64,000 bases of DNA from positions 1-64,000 of IMG/VR virus record IMGVR_UViG_3300034050_000451. One strand, 5' to 3'. This document shows, in pieces, positions 58,901 through 64,000 of this stretch. The translations under genes were made by a program, and so were the position numbers. The notes below the pieces were generated by a model, which was not told the DNA's origin, did no database searches, and saw only the letters and a list, made by a program, of their open reading frames with translations. The stretch's first letter is position 1. Each line of letters opens with the position of its first letter.

Positions 58901-61300
58901 ATTTAACTGAGTAGTTGTTGCCTCCGATGGATATCTAAAGTAGAATTGTCCAGCAGTTACACTTCGGTCGTTACCTTCATATTTTAAATCAGTTCCTACT
59001 GCATCTAAAATATATCCAATATCACGTGAACAACTTACCTCATTATATTCGAATTCAGACCAAGATGATGAAATATATGCAATGGTTTCTGCTCTAACAA
59101 AATCTTTGTTATTAAAAATAATATTATATCCATTATTAATATTAGCGGATGATGTTATGTATTGATTTCCTTTTAAAATATTTTGTGCAACACCACTTGC
59201 GTATTTAACCGCAGTTAATGTTGGTTCTAATTGAGTTGTAGTAGCTTCAGATGGATATAAGTAATAAAATCTTGCACTCTTTATAGATTCTTCATTTCCA
59301 CCATAAAGAATATCATATGCAGCTCCACTTACAATATATGAAATATCTCTCTTACAAGTTGTTTCATTATATGAAAACTCACTCCAAGACGAACTCATAT
59401 ATGCAATAGTTTCAGATTGTATAAATGGTATATTATTTATAAGTAAATTATATGCGTTTTGTTTTTCACTTGATGTGCTAGCATTTGAACTACTTGGTAT
59501 AATTGTAGGTAAATCACCAGTCCCATATTCAATAGTATCATACACAATTGAAAATGATGATGATACCGAATTTATTGTTTGTAAAGATGATGTTGTACCT
59601 GTTTGATATTGGTTTACATTACTAAATTTAAAACTAGCAGATGTATTACTTACAATATTTGGAGCTATACCACCAGCTACAATAGACATAATTGTATCAA
59701 AACTATTATTAGTTGTAGTAATTGTAGGTGAATCTACAGCTGAGGTTTTGTATTGAACAATATCAGTTGCTTGAATTGAATGAGATACATTTGATATACG
59801 AACATATGATTCGGTTGCAGGATTTCCTCTTTCAATTATATCATATAATATATTAAAATTAGTATCAACACTTGCAATATTTTGTAATGATGCGGTTGTT
59901 GATGAAGTATATTGATTTTCACCAGAAATATTGTAAACAGATTGCGATGAATATCCATTTATACTACTTTTTGCAATTAAACTTGGTTTATTTACAATTC
60001 CATTGTCAATAATTGAACTTATTAATTTAAAATCAGCTTTAACTATATCAGACACTTCATTCGAAGAATCTTCCGATAAAAAGTATTGTGGTAAAACATT
60101 AGGGTCAGTTACTCTAATTCCGTTTTCAGTATTTGGTACCAATGCAGGAATCGTAGATAATCCACCTTCAATAGTATTAACAATAATTGAGTAATTATCT
60201 TGTACATTTAAGAACGCATCAAAGTTACCACCACTACCCGTAATAAAACGTGAACCAGATGCGTACATACCATAATCACCAAATGAGGTGTTAGAGTTAA
60301 GTAATACCGCATGTCCACCATCGATAACTTTTACTGAATATGCTGAGAAGTTTGTGAAGAATGATACCAACTGAATGAATCCCCTTCCAACAACTTGACA
60401 ACCCACACCATTTGGTGCAACCTGTGTATATGCATCCAATACCATAGAGGCTAATGGAGAATCAGGATGGATTCTATTTCCATCTACGTTCAATCCACCA
60501 CCTCCAGCAGGAATATCCTCATACAGCTCAAGGAATGAGTTCTCCTGATTTGAAATCATAGAACAGTTCTGAACGTATGGTGATGTTGTAATAAATGCGT
60601 TTGGTGCGAATGCAATTGCGAATCCACTTTGAGAATCATCAACCGATGGATATACTCTCAAACCAGCAAATGTCATCTCAGCAAGATAACAACCACTATT
60701 TACCCAAAATAAATCTTCGTTTTCGTTTTTAGCAATAATTTTAGTTACCCTTAATCCAGCTCCCCAAACAGTTGTGTTTCTTGGAAGTTCAATTGGGTTT
60801 TCTTCTAAATAAGTACCCGCATCAACAGTGATTCTAAATCCACTAAAAAGAGAACCAGTTGGTAAACCATATCTACCATCATCACCCGGAGTTGCTAATT
60901 GAGCAGCTTTCTTAATAGTTCTTAATGGAAATTGCGGTGAAGTACCACTATTATTATCATTACCATTTGTAGATGATACATAGATAGTTGAATCACTTTT
61001 TGCAAAATCCTCAACTAATATTCCACCAAATCTTTGTGTATCAACCGATATATCAGAAAAAGATGCAGTTGCATCCAATCTACTTGCCGCATTGGCAAAT
61101 GATAATGCACCATCAATTTGTAATGACCCAGTAATTTCAACCGAACCAGTTATTCTTTGCTTATCCGAAGTACGAGTACCAATATCAATACTTTGTGATA
61201 CTAATAAAGAGCCAGATATAAATACAGAGTTGCCTACGGATATACTATCCCTAAACTGATTTACTTCTTCTATTTGTTTCTGTGGTATTAATCTAGCCAT
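52982..61300 (-). CDS. giant virion structural protein (2772 aa): beta-helix (pectin-lyase-like) N-domain, 13 phycobiliprotein-like repeats, cupredoxin-like insert
   Basis: IYVSSTNGNDNNSG..PLRTIKKA..DAGTYLEENPIELP..TVWG; 13 x YNExxCxRDxGYxxDAxxxDLxYGGNERS; C-terminal GHDFSYSGAG..GGRVYFTSGNELGDFKIG. Confidence 0.8.
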   Translation of the reverse strand: MARLIPQKQIEEVNQFRDSISVGNSVFISGSLLVSQSIDIGTRTSDKQRITGSVEITGSLQIDGALSFANAASRLDATASFSDISVDTQRFGGILVEDFAKSDSTIYVSSTNGNDNNSGTSPQFPLRTIKKAAQLATPGDDGRYGLPTGSLFSGFRITVDAGTYLEENPIELPRNTTVWGAGLRVTKIIAKNENEDLFWVNSGCYLAEMTFAGLRVYPSVDDSQSGFAIAFAPNAFITTSPYVQNCSMISNQENSFLELYEDIPAGGGGLNVDGNRIHPDSPLASMVLDAYTQVAPNGVGCQVVGRGFIQLVSFFTNFSAYSVKVIDGGHAVLLNSNTSFGDYGMYASGSRFITGSGGNFDAFLNVQDNYSIIVNTIEGGLSTIPALVPNTENGIRVTDPNVLPQYFLSEDSSNEVSDIVKADFKLISSIIDNGIVNKPSLIAKSSINGYSSQSVYNISGENQYTSSTTASLQNIASVDTNFNILYDIIERGNPATESYVRISNVSHSIQATDIVQYKTSAVDSPTITTTNNSFDTIMSIVAGGIAPNIVSNTSASFKFSNVNQYQTGTTSSLQTINSVSSSFSIVYDTIEYGTGDLPTIIPSSSNASTSSEKQNAYNLLINNIPFIQSETIAYMSSSWSEFSYNETTCKRDISYIVSGAAYDILYGGNEESIKSARFYYLYPSEATTTQLEPTLTAVKYASGVAQNILKGNQYITSSANINNGYNIIFNNKDFVRAETIAYISSSWSEFEYNEVSCSRDIGYILDAVGTDLKYEGNDRSVTAGQFYFRYPSEATTTQLNQTLDAIRYAKRLTEKLLNNDTFVTASNSVIGAVDLMRKNRSLIQTETITYINTQYPNLDYNQAKCRRDVGYIVDNITTDLLYGGNERTETAGLYYFLFPSVANTTQLTETINALQYVNALTDKILISEILPTPKIGLNIDSNIKVTAFNSVTSSISASNTEVTLVSQSFGIIEDIIRYGTDYIPSAIVGNSNDYIWNINNPINVSGITQIQSTLANANTQSISNNVNTIIKIIESGSSVTTEQTIGTDRNGAPISTVGIPKNSYGSNLITTVIGTTIPAEIQLVKNTAAGIKFGNGLQITSSISASATEIQKVSSSFSIVTDIIKYGISGSLSLSGSSEYSTYYEVIAFESANYLFNENQLNKFDNVLTASIEDGSIDPTLTLKRGELYTFSVNSLNIVNATELDFRPFYIKTDIKPGLRNQYTKGVTNNGVTFGTLTFIVPFDAPDTLYYVNGKDIEASGIINIVDELPISDTQRYIEIPSLGDFEVVANTINNIKVTNIPQIQSIYTASISESLSVSSSFATTIDILFNGVSNLPTTITNVSGLIKKRELSQYTSSFAVSSALRNTISSSFNIVTNIVTNGTGSVPALIENTNDLIKVTSVPQIIGLQSGSITQVNNVSSSFANIINIIKNGTGSIPVEISNINGLTKFSSTEQFTASLSASLEDVTFVSNSISIVSTIITNGSGSYITASLYGAASTQPSTLAAYQIIKQNIPFIQIETLSYLSSSWSTASYNEASCSRDIGLIVSGAAEDLLYNTISSSIVNGKYYLEYPSAAETTQINQTLDGIEYASKLTQKLIQNIIFETASMEVSASYNLIRKNREFVKSETIAYLSSSWSTFDYNESLCRRDIGHIIDAVSTDLLYGGNERSNTAGEFYYKYPSSATVSGSVSPTTAAQLYPTLDGINYARRLVQNIVVNNQFALAPDSRTNAYDLIVENKSLIQSEVVSYVSSSWSGVLYNDISCSRDIGYILDAVATDTLYGGNERSSVAGEFYYLFPSRATNGGVPSENNQLDSTLSGINYAKGMVNQLLQNNIFVTASLQTIGVTNLIIDNKPLIQNEVISYISSSWSNFQYNEASCSRDVGYILDAVATDFYYGGNERSITAGTFYYLFPSAATVSGSSSPSVDAQLYPTVDGVTYAQRLTNKIINNITLVTASLERQTTYDLLLDNKLLIQNEVISFMSSSWSGFEYIESKCKRDVGYIVDAVATDVLYGGNERSVTAGEFYYLYPSQATSVQSDQTITGVNHAFGLADKIVRNTLLVTASAETIANYDVILDNKGLIQTNVIYYIDSVYPYFTYNRTKCRRDVGYIVDAIATDLLWGGNERSIVAADYYYRYPSEATTIQLNETTEAISYVKTIINKLIQNNILQVPTVTSNTNNNIKFTNSNQISGAGTSNINVLNALSSSFGLVMNTITNGTGSLPAISQYTASLIDSGTLQAYSLIKSNIPFIQNEVIAYISSSWSGFAYNEASCSRDVGLIVSGAIEDLLFGSVSASVVNAKYYFEYPSAATGSQLYQTLDGIKYAASLSNKIAQNIQFVTASNEVSASWHLLRDNKEFIQNEVIAYVSSSWSGVYYNEDKCKRDVGYLIDAAATDLYYGGNERSVTAGSFYYLFPSAATQNGVPSTTSQLDPTVDGIIYASGLSQKVIQNVEFVQPSASVLVGADLLIGNKRFIQTEVIQYLSSSWSEFYYNEASCSRDIGYIIDAARTDLVYGGNERSIKAGTFYYYIPSEATTKQKPQTIDGIDFAKGMAEKVILKEQLVRPSFQTKLSVDLLRGSKKTLQSIAISYTAGAFPNFVYNEEKCYRDTGFIVDAIATDLLYGGNLRSVRAASSYYTGVYGSAAVVVNEQKKETAETNRYLRTQFQRIVRNAPVEEFGSLIITTGHDFSYSGAGVTYKALPFNQGGAGVADPTKEITELAGGRVYFTSGNELGDFKIGTGLIINQATGTLQGRTFSRSLFSLVTPFSLALEG
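53300..59450 (-). repeat. 13 copies of an about 105-115-aa helical repeat with invariant C-x-R-D
   Basis: Cys (TGT) codons at + coordinates 59354, 59030, 58706, 56681, 56357, 56006, 55661, 55310, 54986, 54479, 54155, 53810 and 53486. Confidence 0.95.
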
Positions 61301-61680
61301 TATACTATTTGTGTAATTTTACCTTTAATTTCAAAATCAGTTCTAACTACGTCAGCCGGAACTCTTGTTATACTTTCAGTAAAGGTTATAGTTATAGAAG
61401 TATCATCAAATGTTACCGAATATCTATCGTTTGTTTGCTTCACTCCGTATAAATATACATCTAAATAATCCTTGGAATCTGCAACGATTAAATCTTCATA
61501 AACAAATCTAAAATCATCCAAATTTAAAGTAAATAGTTCACCATTTAAAGAAATTGATGTTGGAGTTGCCTCATAGATAAACGTATCTTTGATTACTTCC
61601 AACACAAAATTTTGAAAAGATTCTCTATCCCTCTTTGTAGTTATACTACCTATATCTATATTTGGTTTTAATCTAGCCAT
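61300..61680 (-). CDS. small beta-rich neck/collar-associated protein
   Basis: YLDVYLYG..FTESI..FEIKGKI; shares its pattern with the two neighbouring genes; overlaps both by 1 nt. Confidence 0.6.
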   Translation of the reverse strand: MARLKPNIDIGSITTKRDRESFQNFVLEVIKDTFIYEATPTSISLNGELFTLNLDDFRFVYEDLIVADSKDYLDVYLYGVKQTNDRYSVTFDDTSITITFTESITRVPADVVRTDFEIKGKITQIV

Positions 61681-62054
61681 TAATTAATATTTTCTAAATC
61701 ACCTTCTATTTTTACTTCATCATTAGATTCAAATGCCCAAGGTTGTCCATAATTTGGGTCATTTGTATTTTCAATTGTTGTTGGGAAATTTGTTCTTATA
61801 AATTTTATGTGAAAATCATTTCCAACTTGTTCAAATTGATAATCTCTTGCGGCAATAAATCCACCCCATACAAATACATCAAATCTAGCAGCAGTTCTTC
61901 TTTTATCAGCAACTCTACTATCTAATGTTTTTAATCTACAATTTGTAGCTTTCCATATCCAATATAATGAATGTACCAAATCAACGGGTTCCAAAATGAA
62001 TTCATTTGGTTCGTTAACTTCTTTCATTATATTTTTAAGAGTCTTTATGTTCAT
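61680..62054 (-). CDS. small beta-rich neck/collar-associated protein
   Basis: RFDVFVWG..DEVKIEGDL. Confidence 0.6.
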   Translation of the reverse strand: MNIKTLKNIMKEVNEPNEFILEPVDLVHSLYWIWKATNCRLKTLDSRVADKRRTAARFDVFVWGGFIAARDYQFEQVGNDFHIKFIRTNFPTTIENTNDPNYGQPWAFESNDEVKIEGDLENIN

Positions 62055-63133
62055 AGTTGTTCAAATTTTCCTACAATATCCACTTCATCATTTATATCAA
62101 TATCAAATCCTAATGTATTATTAAATGTAAAAACGATTTCATTTGTAGTTCCGTTAAAAGAATAACTATAAGTTGATGCTGGTTTAAATTCTGAATTAAC
62201 ATAAACTCTAAACCAATTTAAAGTATCAAACGAACCAATTAGTTCATTTGGTAATATTGGTTTTCTAACATTTGTTAATTTAACAACACCTCTATTTACC
62301 CCACCAGTTATACCTACAAATTGTGCTGCTTGAGAACCCCTTATAGCAACAAAATCTATAACAAACTGATATTCATTATATATGTTAGGATTGGTGAACA
62401 TAGTACCACTTAAATCCGTTTCTACACCCCATACAACTTTCTTTGGTGTGAATGATTTTTTAACAACTGGTGCCTCATCACGAGTTTCAGGAAGTAAATA
62501 TGCATTTACCACCATTGTGAATGTTGTTCTTATAATTCTTTCCGAACCCTCTCCAACTTCTTGTTGATTATCAAACGAATCAATACGAGTTCTAAATTTG
62601 AATCCATTTTCAGTTCCCCAATATCTATCAGTTGCGTATTGAAATTGTTCAACAATTTTATTCATATGCTCGGTGAATGATGACCACACCATTACCTCAT
62701 AAGTTACTGTTACATAGTCGGGTACCGAAACTTCATATTGTTCATATGCGGGTTTTGTACCACTTTGTAATGAAAATCGTTCGTATCTATTTGTTTTAGA
62801 GTATCTTACATAAGCAGGTAACGTATTAACATCTTTGAATTGAGCCATAGCGGCATCTCTTTCAATAGAGTTTCGTTTGAACATTACTAATGGTATTTGA
62901 ATCTTACCTCTAGCATCTCTCAAATACCCATCTACTCTAGCGTTTTTCCAACGTTCTGCATTACCATATATAAGTGGTACTTTAACCGCATTACCATTTT
63001 CTTCCACATCAGGAATAATGGTATCTACCATATACTCAGCTATGGTAGTATCTATATCAATAAGTTTTACACCTTTAGTGAACTCTTTAGATATCGAACG
63101 CTGTAAACCTCTATTTGTTTCTTTTTTATTCAT
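62051..63133 (-). CDS. tail terminator / sheath stabiliser (T4 gp15-like) with an extra C-terminal domain
   Basis: VKVPLIYGNAERW..KIQIPLVMF..VPDYVTVTYEVMVWSS..MNKIVEQF..IIRTTFTMVVNAYL. Confidence 0.7.
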   Translation of the reverse strand: MNKKETNRGLQRSISKEFTKGVKLIDIDTTIAEYMVDTIIPDVEENGNAVKVPLIYGNAERWKNARVDGYLRDARGKIQIPLVMFKRNSIERDAAMAQFKDVNTLPAYVRYSKTNRYERFSLQSGTKPAYEQYEVSVPDYVTVTYEVMVWSSFTEHMNKIVEQFQYATDRYWGTENGFKFRTRIDSFDNQQEVGEGSERIIRTTFTMVVNAYLLPETRDEAPVVKKSFTPKKVVWGVETDLSGTMFTNPNIYNEYQFVIDFVAIRGSQAAQFVGITGGVNRGVVKLTNVRKPILPNELIGSFDTLNWFRVYVNSEFKPASTYSYSFNGTTNEIVFTFNNTLGFDIDINDEVDIVGKFEQL

Positions 63134-63588
63134 TAGATATCTCTCATTTCAGTTTGTATAGAACTTCTACGTGTCATAAATGTAGAACATATAATTGAGA
63201 ATTTTTCTCCAGTCTGTCCACCAATTAATTGGTCCTCTCTTACATTATCAATTTCAAAGTATGCATTATTATGAGAAATAATATCTCCAATTTCTGGATA
63301 GAATCCCTTTCCCTCTAATGTGAAACGATTAAAACGGAATTGTACAGTCTGTCCACTATCTGGTCCAAATCCTTCATACGAAATACCAGTATCATCTCTC
63401 TCAATTACAGCAGTACATTGTGTTCCTTGAAAATACGATTTATTTAAAGATTCCCCATACAAATTTGTTTTCATATCAGAAATGACAAGTTTGTATAGAA
63501 CTACAGTTGTTTCAATAACTGCATCTACCAATTCTCTTGATATTCCTTCAAAAAATCGGATATCTCTATCTAATGCAAATCTTGGCAT
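63133..63588 (-). CDS. neck / head-closure protein (T4 gp14-like)
   Basis: NLYGES..FRFNR..YPEIGDIISHNNAYFEIDNV; position between gp13-like and gp15-like genes. Confidence 0.7.
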   Translation of the reverse strand: MPRFALDRDIRFFEGISRELVDAVIETTVVLYKLVISDMKTNLYGESLNKSYFQGTQCTAVIERDDTGISYEGFGPDSGQTVQFRFNRFTLEGKGFYPEIGDIISHNNAYFEIDNVREDQLIGGQTGEKFSIICSTFMTRRSSIQTEMRDI

Positions 63589-63589
63589 A

Positions 63590-64000
63590 TTATCCTACAT
63601 ATATTAGTAATGGAATTTTTTTCAACATCTCTTGCTGATGTTCTGATTCCTGAGCCTTAACTTCGAATTGGTTTTTTCTACTCAACTCCTCTAAGTTTTC
63701 TCTCAATTGTTCCATTAAATTATCCTTTTCAGTTTGAGCTTCAGCTCTTAGAGCAGCACCATCTAATGAAATTTCAGAACCTGGAATTGGAACTGAACTA
63801 TATTTTTCTCTAATTGCTCCTAATAATTCCTTAGCAAGAGCAAGTGTATATTTTCTAATCCATTGTCTACCAACATCATTTATACTTTCATATTGAATAA
63901 AACTATATCCAATATTAGCATAATCAGAAACTACATTTGGCTTTACCTTTGTAGAATTGGTTACAAATTCATCGGATACAAAATATTCAAAATATAATTT
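63590..64000 (-). CDS. neck / head-tail adaptor (T4 gp13-like), 5' truncated
   Basis: Not in the ORF track. Open from the edge: ..RQWIRKYTLALAKELLGAIREKYSSVPIPGSEISLDGAALRAEAQTEKDKL..IPLLIYVG*. Confidence 0.8.
   Translation of the reverse strand, partial: KLYFEYFVSDEFVTNSTKVKPNVVSDYANIGYSFIQYESINDVGRQWIRKYTLALAKELLGAIREKYSSVPIPGSEISLDGAALRAEAQTEKDNLMEQLRENLEELSRKNQFEVKAQESEHQQEMLKKIPLLIYVG

Noticed and set aside
1-64000. Stop-codon reassignment
   Set aside because: Genes are long, intact and tightly packed under the standard code, with TAA and TGA used as real stops.
1-64000. tRNA, rRNA, integrase or transposase
   Set aside because: Intergenic gaps are short and no cloverleaf or mobile-element motif was recognisable by eye; tRNAscan-SE was not run.

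Overview
A 64-kb AT-rich segment of a large contractile-tailed (myovirus, T4-like architecture) phage genome, coded almost entirely on the minus strand in the standard code. The host is very likely a Bacteroidota: there are three TTTG-N20-TATATTTG promoters, a T9SS C-terminal sorting domain, and six signal peptides each followed by Gln. In transcription order (right to left) the window holds: neck/head-closure/tail-terminator genes; about 35 kb of giant fibre or virion-appendage genes (2772, 3994 and 3927 aa) with small partners; tail sheath, tube, tail chaperone, tape measure and baseplate genes; a GT2 glycosyltransferase and a divergent family-A polymerase under host-type promoters; a possible nuclease; speD; a GH19 endolysin; a secreted-protein operon; and an L,D-transpeptidase-like gene. 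Best leads: (1) a 7-gene phage-borne cell-envelope operon pairing a T9SS-tagged cohesin/dockerin scaffold with a dockerin-bearing nested lectin, two CsgG-like proteins and a beta-barrel; (2) a virion protein with 13 tandem phycobiliprotein-like domains that all keep the Cys-x-Arg-Asp bilin-site motif; (3) an unannotated tail-chaperone extension that appears to need a +1 frameshift at a U7 run; (4) about 1,800 aa of proline-free Gly-X-Y collagen-like stalk, with an embedded putative blue-copper domain; (5) a conserved late motif ATATTTATW, the reverse complement of the T4 late promoter. All product calls come from motif recognition by eye; no searches were run.
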